A stretch of DNA of 64,000 nt from Octopus bimaculoides (Eukaryota), in contig NC_068995.1 in NCBI RefSeq assembly GCF_001194135.2, positions 57,054,706 through 57,118,705 of the forward strand, given 5' to 3'. The notes below the pieces were generated by a model. That model saw only the letters and a program-made list of their open reading frames with translations. It was not told the origin of the DNA and ran no database searches. Each line of letters begins with the position of its first letter. The first letter of the stretch is position 1. Positions 12,370 to 26,120 of the stretch are shown here, piece by piece. The translations under genes were made by a program, and so were the position numbers.

Positions 12370-13200
12370 GTACAGGCGTGACTGCATAGCTGCAGGTATG
12401 GTTGTTCACGTCAGAGGTTTGCTTCCCAACAACCACATTGTTTTGGGTTCAGTCCCACTGCATGGCACCTCGAGCAAGTGTCTTCTATATCTACAGGTCA
12501 ACCAAAGCCTTGTGAATGGTAGCATGTTATGTGTGTGGATATATATGTGTATGCATATATATATATACACACACACACATTTGTGGCCACATAAGAGCCA
12601 ACAAAATTTACTTTTTTCTTGCTTTTCAATTCCTTTTCTTCTCTTTCCTTCTTTTTTCTTTTCTTTTCTTCTCTTCACTTTCCTTTCTCTCTTTCTTCTC
12701 CTTTTGGCCGATTTTCTTTCTCTCCTTCTTATAAACACACACACACATATTCACAACAGGATGTTTTTGAGGATGATCTTGATAACGAATGGATTAAGCA
12801 AATCCTTCAGACAATCTACAGTGACACGTTTGAAATAGTAATGGCTTGTGTGGGACCAGTTACACTTTTGGGGTTTGCTAATAACAACAGTTGTGCAAAT
12901 ATGCCATGAGACTGAGCAACATCGTTCAAAAGCTATGATGAAAGGAAGTGTATTGTATAACAACATCAGGTAGTCTGGACAATATAATGATATTATATAC
13001 ACACACACACACATGTATATGCATATGTACACACACACAGTGGGCTTCCACACAGTTTCTTTCACCTCACTTTCACCCACAAATCTTAGGCTGACCCAAG
13101 TTAATGGCAAAAGATAAGACATTTGCCCAAAATATCCTGCAGTGAAATGAAACCCAGATCTCATGACTGACAAGTGAACCACTTAATTATAAAGACTAAG
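12370..13200. mobile_element. Family A SINE heads/cores: + about 12370-12530, - about 13040-13190
   Basis: GGGTTCAGTCCCACTGCATGGCACCTCGAGCAAGTGTCTTCT on +; GACATTTGCCCAA...GCAGTGAAATGAAACCCAG on -. Confidence 0.65.
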
Positions 13201-13238
13201 ACAACACAAATATTCTCATCGCTAAATCGTTTTGATTT

Positions 13239-13282
<44 letters not shown>

Positions 13283-13581
13283 CTATCTTCTGAACTTCCT
13301 GCCATAAGTAGTTTACTTTAAGAACAGTGAATTTGATTTATTGATATGTTATTAAATTTTATTATTTCCTCTTCATTTCTTTTTTCAACAACCATGGTAC
13401 CACCACCACATCATTACCACTGCCTCCCCCTCAGAACATTTTAATCAAGATACAATATGTTTGTACTGTCAAGTTATAATCTATTACACTCATTTTATCT
13501 TCTGTTTTTTTTGTTTTTGTTTTTCACAATATGTTTTAATAGAGTAAATCATATTATTATTTTTATTTATTATTATTACTG

Positions 13582-13613
<32 letters not shown>

Positions 13614-14165
13614 GGTGGTGTTGCTTTTAATTTCTTTAAAAACAAATAGGGAAAACAGTTTTCTTTACTAATGTTCATACTATTTAGTCAACTTTCAATA
13701 AAAACAAAATGAATTTGTCTGGGTTCTTCAACATACATACCTTTAAACATACACATATACATAAATAAACATGCATAGACACTGACAAACTTGTATATAC
13801 AAACATACATACTTTCAACTTCAAATTTTACATCAATCTCCATTACTGTAGTGTTTATGTCATCTTTTACCAAAGTAATCTTGCAAACATAGCCTCAGCC
13901 TTGCACCTTTCAGAAATCACCTCATTTCTAAGAACCAATATTCTAAAGGTACAGAAAGACTTGTCTACTGTTTTGGCACAATTTCATCTATTTTGACTCT
14001 CTCCAAACTCAGAAGCAAATGGACAACAAGTCTCAGCCATTCTTGTGAATTATTTTTTTGAACTTAATCAGTGATTAAGAAAGATAAATAATTACATATT
14101 ATTTTCTGAACAATAAGTATCGTGCCAGTGTCTTCACATCGTGGACCTCTCACAATCCATCCTAG

Positions 14166-14223
<58 letters not shown>

Positions 14224-15278
14224 TTAAAGTGGATATTAAAACAATAATGATAATGTATGTAGGAATAGACATATACACACTTATATATCTATGTGTGTGT
14301 GCCTGTGAGTGTGTGTGTGTGTGTGTGATCCAACTTGTTGGTCACAGTTTAAGTTCACTTATGTAGCAGAAAATTTTGCAGAGAGAAGCACATTCTTCCA
14401 AAGTGAAGGTCACGAGTAACCATTTACTAATACAAACATCAACAACAGAAGCAACAACATCTCTTGAAAACAAACATAAACAGCAAATGTTAAAATATTG
14501 GCAAAACTACAATTCTATATTGCAGTTGCTTGCAAACATTTGCCAATTTATACAATCAGCGGCAGCAGCAGCAGGATAAGTAATCTATGACTAGACTTAA
14601 AATTCACACACACTCAAAAATTTAAGCTGTGTGGCACCCCTTCACTACCATCTTTCTCCAAATCCCTAGGACAAATCACTAGGACACAGGAATGTAAACA
14701 ATTCACTAAGCGACAATTTCTGGTAGGGCACAAACACAAAGACGCACACTCAGATACATATATCATATATATATNNNNNNNNNNNNNNNNNNNNNNNNNN
14801 NNNNNNNNNNNNNNNNNNNNNNNNNNNNNNNNNNNNNNNNNNNNNNNNNNNNNNNNNNNNNNNNNNNNNNNNNNNNNNNNNNNNNNNNNNNNNNNNNNNN
14901 NNNNNNNNNNNNNNNNNNNNNNNNNNNNNNNNNNNNNNNNNNNNNNNNNNNNNNNNNNNNNNNNNNNNNNNNNNNNNNNNNNNNNNNNNNNNNNNNNNNN
15001 NNNNNNNNNNNNNNNNNNNNNNNNNNNNNNNNNNNNNNNNNNNNNNNNNNNNNNNNNNNNNNNNNNNNNNNNNNNNNNNNNNNNNNNNNNNNNNNNNNNN
15101 NNNNNNNNNNNNNNNNNNNNNNNNNNNNNNNNNNNNNNNNNNNNNNNNNNNNNNNNNNNNNNNNNNNNNNNNNNNNNNNNNNNNNNNNNNNNNNNNNNNN
15201 NNNNNNNNNNNNNNNNNNNNNNNNNNNNNNNNNNNNNNNNNNNNNNNNNNNNNNNNNNNNNNNNNNNNNNNNNNNNNN

Positions 15279-15334
<56 letters not shown>

Positions 15335-16267
15335 GCTTTTGATAGTATGTATGTGCCTCTACATGTGTGTGTATGTATGCAAATATATACATGTTTATGT
15401 GTGTGTGTGTGTGTGTAATTTTCCATCCAGTTTATCACACTTACATGGGTTGGACAAGTTTTCTTTAGCACAAAATCTCTCCATGAATATATATACATGA
15501 GCATGTAAACATATACGCATACATATACGTGTGTATATATACACACATGCATACACATGTATGCATGCAAAAGTAAATCTAAACATACACACACATAAAT
15601 ACTCATGCAGATTTATGGACATACACACACACACACACATATACATGTATGTGTGTGCATGTCTATATATATATATATAAGCTTGTATCTATAGACACAT
15701 ACAGACACAGACACACATGAATATACATATGCATATATACATATAAATATTTGTAAAATTTATTTTTTACATTATTCACTTCTGTTCTTTTCTCTCATCC
15801 CCCACCCCCACCCCGCCCTCCTTTATTTTCCTACCTCAATGTAGAATGTTTGGCGTTCTGAAAATTGAATAGTTGAGTAGACGAGATTTACTTGTAGAAC
15901 GGGAGATAGATACAGAAAAACCAAGAGACAAACAGACAGACTGAGAGACAGACAGAGAGTTAGAAACTGTGGATATAGATTATAATTAGCCAAAGGGTTT
16001 CTCTTATCTTACCAACCTCTTGTACCGATTATTTAGACCAAAGCAGCAAGAAATTTCATAAATATTCATAATGGCTATAAACATCTAATGGAAAATATGG
16101 AGAAATTTTAAGCATTCTTAACAGAGCTGTTCATTTTTACAGGTTCTGTATAGCTGTCTGCATAAACTCACATATATCCAATATATATAAAGAGAGAGAG
16201 AGAGAGTGAGAGAGACATGCACACATATATACATACATACATATATACACACACAAACATAAATATA

Positions 16268-16334
<67 letters not shown>

Positions 16335-16692
16335 GCACATACATATATATATATATTACATACACACATAATATATACATGAAGTAATATAACATATTTA
16401 CGCAGAAGTAATACGAACAGAAACTCCCACATCCACCAAGCAATTCTGCGATTTACACAAAAAAAAAGTACATATATGTGTGTGTGTGTGTGTGTGTATG
16501 TATGTGAAAATAAACTTAACTGAATGTGAGTGCATATGTATGGGATTGCATTCATGTCTCTGCATTGATGTGTTTATATCAGAATACGCAGAGTCACATG
16601 ACGAAAAGCACACACACTCACAGAAGATGATAAATATATACATATATAGACATATGTGTGTATGTGATTGTATAACAACCGTATTCCATAAG

Positions 16693-16833
16693 AGCACAAG
16701 AGCAGCAGGGCACCCTAAAACTATTTGGCAAAGGACCAATGACAAGGAAAGAAGACAAGAAGGGTGGAGAATCTGAAATGGGACCAGAACTGTGGCAGAA
16801 GGCAGAGCTGATTGGAGAGAACTGATTCCATAA
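16693..16833 (+). mobile_element. RTE-clade LINE C-terminal coding remnant
   Basis: Translates as STRAAGHPKTIWQRTNDKERRQEGWRI*NGTRTVAEGRADWRELIP*, matching the RTE C-terminal pattern GRPKxTWxRT...W...A.DR..W. Confidence 0.7.
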
Positions 16834-18254
16834 GAATATGGGATGGTTTGATAAGATTTGATGGGTCCAAGGATTGCATTGGACTTCATTGCCTACATTC
16901 TCATGGTTTCTACGATTGGATGCCCTTCCTAACACCAAACCACTTCACAGTGTGCACTGAGTGGTTTCTTTTTTCTTTTCCTGTGTTACCAGCGTCGGTG
17001 GGACCAGCATGCAACCTGCAATACTGAGATGAATTACAGGAGATGAGGTGTGAAGTGAGTGGAAGTGAGATAAATGGAAGCCGGAGTGTGTACAGGAGAG
17101 TGAGAGATGGGGAGTAAGGGGGTGAATATAACGAATGAAGAGCAAGTGTTGAGAGGTGGATGTAATGAATCGATGAGGGGTGGGAGAATCCAATGATATA
17201 TGAGCAGCAGAAAGTAATATTGATTCTGTAGAGAGGAGAAGGATGGGAATAAGAGAGATTATGTGTGTGGGAAGAGAAGTAAACATAGAATGCACGGAGG
17301 GTGAGAGACGTATAGTCGTGGAGAAGGAGAGAGAATTTGATGAGAGAAGGGTAGGAATGATCAATGTAAAATATGGGTGGAGAGGACAGTATAAGATTGA
17401 AGGATGTATATCATGGAAAATGGTTCTAATTGGTAAGATTAGCTCTACCAAGAAAAAGTTGTATACATATGTATACATACATACACATAATAAGCTCTTT
17501 TCCTTTCCATCTAAGAAATCCAACAACAAGGCTTTTGATCTACCTAAGGCTTTTGTAAAAGACACTTGCCAAAGGTACCATGCAGTGGGATTGAACTTGG
17601 TTGGGAAGCAAACCTCTTACCACATAGCCACGGAAGTAGAGAGAGATTCTATGTGAAGATCTGCTAACAGCTCCTTCATGTAATATGATGGTGCTGCAAA
17701 CATTTTAGCCTCAGGACTGTAAATAACGGCAATAATGATGAAAAGATTTGTGAAAATTAAGCAAAATTACTAAAAAAAAAAAAATTCTTCAGTTTAAATA
17801 TGCATAAAAAAAATTAAATGAAAATATTTTATTTAAATTTAAAATATGTAAATAAGAATAAATAAAAGTGCACAAAGAACGAAAATGGAAAAACAAATTA
17901 AATTTCAGTTTATGTCTATTTCTGGGGGAAAAAAATTACTTAGAAACATTAAACAAGACGTATTTGTGTGAGAATGTGTGTGTTTGAATGTTACTAACAA
18001 GATGTTTGTGACATATTAACCAAGTAATAGTATTCAATACACCAATGTATTCCGAGAATAAACAGGTGCATAAATGTTGAACTGTAATGGTGGAATGGTT
18101 TGGCCAACCAATTAAGGTAAAACTGCAGAAAGTTAGGCAGCCTTCCAGTTTTCAAACGTTTTCTAAATCATTATTTATCCAACAGTATCAAACTTCATTC
18201 TTGTCATTTTTTTATTACTACTATTGCTGCTGCTGCTGCTGCTGCTGCTACAAC

Positions 18255-18497
18255 AGTGATAGATTAGCAAAATCATCAGGGTATTGACAAAAATGCTTTG
18301 TGACATTTGTTCCGGCATATAAGATTCTGAGTTCAAATCCTGTCAAAGTCAACTTGGGCTTTCATCATTTTGGTGTGAGTCAATAAATTAAAGTAGCAGT
18401 AATATACTGGGGTTTAGGGTATCGACTAACTCTCATCCACAGAAAACTGCTGGCCTTGTGCCTATATCTCACGTCACTACCACCACCACCACCACTG

Positions 18498-18530
<33 letters not shown>

Positions 18531-19040
18531 GAGAGGTGGATTAGCAGAATTGGTTCCAAAAAATGCCTTGTGATATCTGTTCTTGCCCTTTATATTCTGT
18601 GTTCAAATTCTGCCCAGATTGACTTTGCCTTCTATCCTTTCAAGGTTTATAAAGTACCAGTCAAATCTTGGGGTCAATATAAGCAAATGTTAGAATTATT
18701 ATCATCATCATTATATTATCATTAAAGATGGTGAGCTGGCAAAATCATTAACCACACAATATGAGTACCAGTTGAGCACTAAAGTTAGTGTAATTGACTC
18801 ACCTGTCCCCTAAAATTACAGGCCTTGTGTCAAAATTTCAAAACATTATTATTATCATTATTATCATTAGAACTAAGTACCAAGAAGTTCTTCTGGTTCT
18901 TTGAGCTCTCGGTTCAAATCTTACAAAGATCAACTTTGCCTTTCATCCCTCCACAATTAATACAATGAAGTACCAGTCATTCTTTGGGTTTCTTTTAATT
19001 AACTAGCTTGTATGCAGAATTTCAGGCCTTGTGCTTATGT
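18255..19040 (+). mobile_element. Array of four head-to-tail family B SINEs
   Basis: Copies at about 18255-18470, 18531-18695, 18724-18845 (internally deleted) and 18866-19040. Each has B-box and/or AAGTACCAG / GGCCTTGTG motifs; separated by (ACC/ACT)n or (ATT/ATC)n tracts. Confidence 0.75.
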
Positions 19041-19069
19041 GCCATATATATGCAAATTAATTAAGAAAC

Positions 19070-19480
19070 TTATTATGCAACCATGTTGTTTTGGTTTCAG
19101 TTCCACAATGCATTACCTTTGGCATGGGTCTCCTGCTGCTGAAACTATGCTAAAGCTAACACCAGAGCTTTGGGTCCTGTCAAATCATCCAACCCATGCT
19201 AGTATGGAAAACAGACATCGAATGGTGATGAGAATGATGTGTGTGTGTGTGCGTGAATATATATATATATATACACATATGTGTGTGTGTATGCGAGTGT
19301 GTAGGTTGTATTTGTTCCCCACCACCATTCAACACCTGACGTTGGTTTGTTTATATCTCCATAGTTCAGCAAAAGAGATAAGACTTAAGAAAATAAGATT
19401 CAAAGTTGATTTGGGCAACTAAAACCCTTCAAGATGGTGCCCCAGCATCACAGTAATTCAGTGACTGAAACAAGTAAAAA
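19070..19480 (+). mobile_element. Family A SINE composite: head + RTE-like tail, (TG/TA)n, then tail I
   Basis: GGTTTCAGTTCC B-box, CCAACCCATGCTAGTATGGAAAAC tail, microsatellite, then AGTTCAGCAAAAGAG...GGTGCCCCAGCAT...TGACTGAAACAAGTAAAA. Confidence 0.65.
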
Positions 19481-19930
19481 AATGCATATACATATACATA
19501 TATATATATATAGGTGTGTGTGTGTGTGTGTATGTACACACATGCACATACACACATGTGTGTGTGTGAATGTTGATATTTGCACTGCTTTGCATCAGAC
19601 TGAAGAACAAACAGTGACATCATGTTTACATTCCCTGTGAACAATGCATCCTGTAGTTGAAATAAGTCTTCATCTAACCCATGCTAGCATAAAGAAAAAA
19701 GCAGACATAAAACTAAGGAAGAAACAAAAGCACACACACACACATATATATGCGTGAGTGTGTGTGACTTACTGTAAATGACAGAATATACATATTTTAA
19801 AGACAAAATTCAAATGAATCAGCATATTAGAGCAGATGGTGTACACAACTGAGCTGAACCATTAAAGTTTACTGTACAAATATTAATTATATATTTAATT
19901 CAAAAGATTGTAGCACAAAGCAAGGAAATG

Positions 19931-19975
<45 letters not shown>

Positions 19976-20346
19976 TATGTGACAGTGTACATGAGTGTGT
20001 GTGTATATAAGCCTATACATTTCTCTCTCTATATATATGTGTATGTATGTGTGTGCATATATATATGTGTATGTATATATATATGTGCGTGTATATATGT
20101 GTTTGTGTGTTCATATATGTATTTGTATGTATATATGTCAGTGTACATATATGAGTGTGTGTGTGTATATCAAACCTATGCATTTCTCTCTATATATGTG
20201 TGTGTGTGCATGTGTGTAACCATATATAAGTGTAAATATACGTGTATGTGTGTAAGCCTTTATATATATATATATATGCGTATGTGTGTGTGTGTGTACA
20301 TGTATGTGTATAAGCCTATACACACACACACACACACACACACACA

Positions 20347-20811
20347 TCTCTACCAAATTACACATTAACACACACACACACACACACACACATCTCTACC
20401 AAATTACACATTAACACACACACACACACACACACACACANNNNNNNNNNNNNNNNNNNNNNNNNNNNNNNNNNNNNNNNNNNNNNNNNNNNNNNNNNNN
20501 NNNNNNNNNNNNNNNNNNNNNNNNNNNNNNNNNNNNNNNNNNNNNNNNNNNNNNNNNNNNNNNNNNNNNNNNNNNNNNNNNNNNNNNNNNNNNNNNNNNN
20601 NNNNNNNNNNNNNNNNNNNNNNNNNNNNNNNNNNNNNNNNNNNNNNNNNNNNNNNNNNNNNNNNNNNNNNNNNNNNNNNNNNNNNNNNNNNNNNNNNNNN
20701 NNNNNNNNNNNNNNNNNNNNNNNNNNNNNNNNNNNNNNNNNNNNNNNNNNNNNNNNNNNNNNNNNNNACACACACACACACACACACACACATCTCTACC
20801 AAATTACACAT

Positions 20812-20814
<3 letters not shown>
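20347..20814. repeat. Compound tandem repeat: (CA)n + TCTCTACCAAATTACACATTAA, 3 visible copies spanning a gap
   Basis: Identical 22-mer at 20347, 20393 and 20793. Confidence 0.9.
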
Positions 20815-20846
<32 letters not shown>

Positions 20847-21229
20847 GAGCCAGAGCCATAGCAATTGCTGAGCTTGTTAGAGCTCCAAATGAAACTCTCA
20901 ACAGAAGTTTGGACGTCGGAAAAAGCAAAATCGTGTTAAGTGGTGTCGTTTTTGTGGTGGTGCCTGGCCATATGCCATTGCGATAGTGTGGGAAAACTGC
21001 AAGAGGGCGACAGAAATTTAAACTATCAACATGTAATCCCTAAAGCTTCTATCAATAAAAGAGACAGACCGACCTAAAGCTGGAGTCATTAAGATCTGTC
21101 ATTGTGGTGGGTTGGTTTGTGAAAAGAGAAAAAAAAAGCAAGAGAGGGGGGGGCGAAATGTCTGTTGGAACTAAGAAGCAAAAGTACAAAAACAAAAGCA
21201 TAGAAAAGAACTAATCATTGGCATCATCC

Positions 21230-21790
21230 TATTCCCAATGTCATCATCATCATCATCATCATCCTATTGTCATAATCAGTGTTGTTGTGGTCATTGTCAT
21301 GATCGTTATTGTCATCATCATCGTCATCGCGTGCATTATTGTCATCATTGCCATCATCATCATCGTCATCATCATTGTGCCACTGTCCTTATCAACATCA
21401 TCGTCTTCGGTGCTGTGAACATCACCATCACCGTTGTCATCATTATTGTCATCATGGTCATTATCATCATCATCATCATCACTGCAACCATCAAAGTGAT
21501 TGTTGCTCTCATTCTTTTTACTCTCACCAATACTTCACCACAACTACTACCACATCTACAAGCACCACTACAATCAACCCCATCACTAAGCACCACCACC
21601 ACCACCACCACCACCACACTCGTTCCACTACTACTGCTACCAATCCTAGCCATGACTATATTAACCTGGACTTATACCACCAACATCATCATCTTGGACA
21701 TTAGTACTGTTAATATCGCCCCAACCATGTCCACCTCTGGCTACACAACAACAACCTTCCAGTAATACTATTTCATTACCGCCACCCCCA
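21230..21790. repeat. Degenerate trinucleotide mosaic (CAT/CGT to CAC/CTA)
   Basis: Visible triplet periodicity; explains the long low-complexity ORFs here. Confidence 0.85.
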
Positions 21791-21876
21791 CCCCCACCCC
21801 ACCATCGTGACCTGAGGCTATGAAAGAACAACAGCAACATCCAACGAGGGGAGGGGGTAGAATGGGGCAAGCCATT

Positions 21877-22014
21877 CAAATCAGCAGTCATAAGGTTGCA
21901 AATACAATTAAGGAGGGCAGGGAAAAGTGTGGGGGTCCATTGTGGATATCCCCTGAGGTTATTAAAATATCTGGTGAAGTAGGATACAAGCTAGTCACTC
22001 ATGGAGTCATTCAG
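21877..22014 (+). mobile_element. RTE-clade LINE internal remnant (region just before the RT core)
   Basis: QISSHKVANTIKEGREKCGGPLWISPEVIKISGEVGYKLVTHGVIQ resembles the RTE motif AIKxMKxGKAxGPxGIxxEMLK. Confidence 0.6.
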
Positions 22015-22022
22015 GCTGAGAC

Positions 22023-22092
22023 GTTCTGGCACAGCTGTTCTGGCACAGCTGTTCTGGCACAGCTGTTTTGGCACAGCTGTTTTGGCACAGCT
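22023..22092. repeat. 14-bp minisatellite GTT(C/T)TGGCACAGCT x5
   Basis: Three GTTCTGGCACAGCT then two GTTTTGGCACAGCT units; CAGCTG forms at 4 junctions. Confidence 0.95.
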
Positions 22093-22351
22093 TATTTGGT
22101 GTTCAGGATTTGATGCTGACTTATTTGACATTTGCCATTTTAATGTTTCTCTTCTTTATTTCACCTTCACCTCTCTCTCTCACTCTTTGTTTATATGGAT
22201 GAGCTTATTTCTCTTTAAGGAGAGAGAAAATGTTTAATTGTGCTCAATTAATAAATTGCAATGTCTCTCTTTCTCTTTTTCTCCCTCTCCCTCTCACAAT
22301 TTCTACCTGAAACCAAACTTCTTACCACACACACACACACACACACACACA

Positions 22352-22564
22352 CAATTCTTTCCGCTATAGGAACAAGGCCTGAACTTTCAGGGGAAGGACC
22401 TGGTCAGTTAGTTTGACCCCGGAACAAATCTGATTCTCATTTCATCAACCCGGAAAGGATGGAAAGCAAAGGCAACTTTGGTGGAATTTGAACTCAGAAC
22501 GTAGCAGCAAACGAAATACAGCCAAGCATTTCGTCCAGCGTGCTAACAATTCCACCAGCTTGCC
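22352..22564 (-). mobile_element. Family B SINE, near full length
   Basis: Reverse complement reads GGCAAGCTGGTGGAATTGTTAGCACGCTGGACGAAATGC...GTTCTGAGTTCAAATTCCACC...GCCTTTGCTTTCCATCCTTTCCGGG...GGCCTTGTTCC. Confidence 0.8.
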
Positions 22565-22674
22565 ATCATCATCATCATCATCATCATCATCCAATGTTTT
22601 AAATCTAGGCTTTGTCCCCATTAACGGGGATGGCCAGATCTACCTCAATGCCATAGCAACCGAGGTACACATAC

Positions 22675-22727
<53 letters not shown>

Positions 22728-23297
22728 TATATATATACATACACATACATATATATACATATATATATATACACATATATATATATACATATACATACAT
22801 ATATATATACATATACACACATATATATATACATATACGTACATATATATATACATATACGTACATATATATATACATATATATACATATACATACATAT
22901 ACGTACATATATATATACATATATATACATATACGTACATATATATATACATATATATACATATATATACATATACATACATATANNNNNNNNNNNNNNN
23001 NNNNNNNNNNNNNNNNNNNNNNNNNNNNNNNNNNNNNNNNNNNNNNNNNNNNNNNNNNNNNNNNNNATATATACAAACACACAAATTTATACATATATAT
23101 ATATACATATTCATACATATATGTACATATATACATATGTATACAGGTATATATACAGATGCATACATATATAAATATATACAAACATATATAAATATAT
23201 GCATACATTTATAAATATACACATATACATACATATAATATATACATACAAATATACAAACACACACATATGTATGTGTGTGTGTGTGTTTGTATGC

Positions 23298-23329
<32 letters not shown>

Positions 23330-25143
23330 ATATTAATGTATGTTTCGGAATGAGTCTTTTGTTTGACAGGGCTCCAAAATGAAAAAAAAAAACAGAAAAC
23401 CCGAAGAGGAAGCAGAACAGCAGAATTGTCAGAGTAGCCATTCAGTAACGAAGGAAAGAAAGAAAGAAAGAAAAGGAACGATGACGACAAAGAAGAAGAA
23501 GAAGAAGAAGGAATGATACAAGAATGGTAACAGCGTTAATAGATTGCCACTCACGTCAACTGCAGATAGAATTTCCCACACTAATTACAAAATAAACACT
23601 TTAGCTTTTTCTTATCATATTTCTCATTGAATTCTCAAAAACAAAAGTGGTAAAATAATTTTAAAAAAAAAAAAAAGAAAAAAAAAAGAATTACAACAAA
23701 AATACAAAAATGTACATANNNNNNNNNNNNNNNNNNNNNNNNNNNNNNNNNNNNNNNNNNNNNNNNNNNNNNNNNNNNNNNNNNNNNNNNNNNNNNNNNN
23801 NNNNNNNNNNNNNNNNNNNNNNNNNNNNNNNNNNNNNNNNNNNNNNNNNNNNNNNNNNNNNNNNNNNNNNNNNNNNNNNNNNNNNNNNNNNNNNNNNNNN
23901 NNNNNNNNNNNNNNNNNNNNNNNNNNNNNNNNNNNNNNNNNNNNNNNNNNNNNNNNNNNNNNNNNNNNNNNNNNNNNNNNNNNNNNNNNNNNNNNNNNNN
24001 NNNNNNNNNNNNNNNNNNNNNNNNNNNNNNNNNNNNNNNNNNNNNNNNNNNNNNNNNNNNNNNNNNNNNNNNNNNNNNNNNNNNNNNNNNNNNNNNNNNN
24101 NNNNNNNNNNNNNNNNNNNNNNNNNNNNNNNNNNNNNNNNNNNNNNNNNNNNNNNNNNNNNNNNNNNNNNNNNNNNNNNNNNNNNNNNNNNNNNNNNNNN
24201 NNNNNNNNNNNNNNNNNNNNNNNNNNNNNNNNNNNNNNNNNNNNNNNNNNNNNNNNNNNNNNNNNNNNNNNNNNNNNNNNNGTGGTGGTGGTGGTGGTGA
24301 TCTTTTGTAGTTGTCATCTTCATTATGTTTCTCTTTCTACTTCTTCCCAACCTCTTCCAATTGTATTGTTTGTTATTTTGTTTTTACTTTCTTTTCTCTT
24401 TCTTATTATGTATGTATTTATTTTATTATTATTATTATTTAGTTAGCATTTGCAACTTGTTTTGTTTTTGTTTTTATAATTTCTCTTGTGGGGGGTGGAG
24501 GGACGATACCAAGGTTATGTTTTTTTTCATTTCGAATTTTTATCATGGTAGATGGGTGGAGAGAGAGAGAAAGAGTGGTACGTATAGAGGGAGGGATAGA
24601 GAGAAAGAGACAGAGGAGGGTGAGCAGGCGGGAGGGAGAGAGAGGAGATTCAAGGAAAGAGAACGGAAAGAAGAGGGTGAGCAGGTAAGGAGAGGTACAG
24701 AGAGAGAGGGGGGGCAGAAAGTAAGAGAGAGAGGGACATATAAAGACAGATAGAGAGAGAGAGAAGGAAAGAGAGACAAAGAGAGACAAAGAGAGAAAGC
24801 CTTTTCATCAAATACTCAATGTAGATAGGACAAACCACCACCATGACCACCACCACCAGAAGCACTTTGGAAAGGGAGACGAGAGAAAAGAAAAGGGTTA
24901 AAATAGGTTTAAAAATATAGAAATATAATGAGAATAATAATTAAATAAAACAATTATAAAAATAAACAAGGTAAGAGAAGAAAAAAGAGAAAGAGGGAGA
25001 GAGAGAGAGGGGGGGACGACAATGTGCCATGAAACCATTGTTTCCTTGTAAAACATAATGGCCAAAACATAAACTGTAATTATTTTTCAAACTAAAATTG
25101 GAGTAATTTTTATCACACACACACACAGAACAATGTATAGATG

Positions 25144-25178
<35 letters not shown>

Positions 25179-25244
25179 TTGCATGTGTGCATGTATGTGT
25201 GTATGTATATGTGTGTGTGTGTGGGGAGAGAGAGAGAAAGACAA

Positions 25245-25474
25245 AAAGACAGGTAGGTAGGTAAGTAGATAGACAAAGAAACAGACAAGTAAACAGATAG
25301 ACAAATAGATAGACATAAATAGAGAGATAGGTAGATAGACAGACAGGTAAACAGATAGATAGATAGATAGATAGATATATAGATAGATAGGTAGACAGGT
25401 AGGTAAATAGATAGATAGACAGGTAGGTAAATAGACAGATAGACAGACAGGTAGACAGATAGATAGATAGATAT
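25245..25474. repeat. Tetranucleotide mosaic (GATA/GACA/GGTA)n
   Basis: Directly visible 4-bp periodicity. Confidence 0.9.
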
Positions 25475-25585
25475 CTTTTTATTATAGCCACACAGGGCTA
25501 AATACAGAAAATGGACAAATACGTATATACAAGCATATACATAGGCACTCAAATTTGCATACATGCACAAACAAATGCAAGCTCA

Positions 25586-25618
<33 letters not shown>

Positions 25619-25730
25619 GCATGCACAGATATGTATATACTTATAGACACACATAGATATATGACTACACAGATACACGTCACAGACACAAAAACACACC
25701 TGTCAATGCTCGCTTTGTCACACACACACA

Positions 25731-25772
<42 letters not shown>

Positions 25773-25980
25773 ACAACAACAAAATGTTTAAATTGAAAAC
25801 TGATCTTTTATTTGTTTCAGTTAGTGGACTACGACCATGCTGGGGCACTGCCTCGAAAGGTCATATTTGAACAAATCAACCCCAGTACTTATTTTTGAGA
25901 ATGTAAACAAACCAGCACTGGTTGTCAAGTGGTGGGAGAATTGACAAACACATACACACACATATGTATACATACATATA

Positions 25981-26120
25981 GGGCGGCGAGCTGGCAGAAT
26001 CGTTAGCATGCCGGGCGAAATGCCGGGCGAAATGCCGGGCGAAATGCCGGGCGAAATGCCGGGCGAAATGCCGGGCGAAATGCCGGGCGAAATGCCGGGC
26101 GAAATGCCGGGCGAAATGCC
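25981..26120 (+). repeat. Family B SINE head whose 12-bp segment ATGCCGGGCGAA is amplified at least 9 times
   Basis: GGGCGGCGAGCTGGCAGAATCGTTAGC head, then 9 perfect units (26008-26115) plus ATGCC running into an N gap. Confidence 0.9.

Noticed and set aside
12760-12909. Protein-like frame DVFEDDLDNEWIKQIL...
   Set aside because: Poor acceptor context, no good donor before the stop, no recognised homology.
21238-21765. 175-aa His/Cys/Thr-rich ORF
   Set aside because: Triplet-repeat mosaic; several frames and both strands are open; no splice or homology support.
20347-22092. CRISPR-like arrays (22-bp and 14-bp repeats)
   Set aside because: Spacers are (CA)n or absent, the context is eukaryotic, and there are no cas genes.
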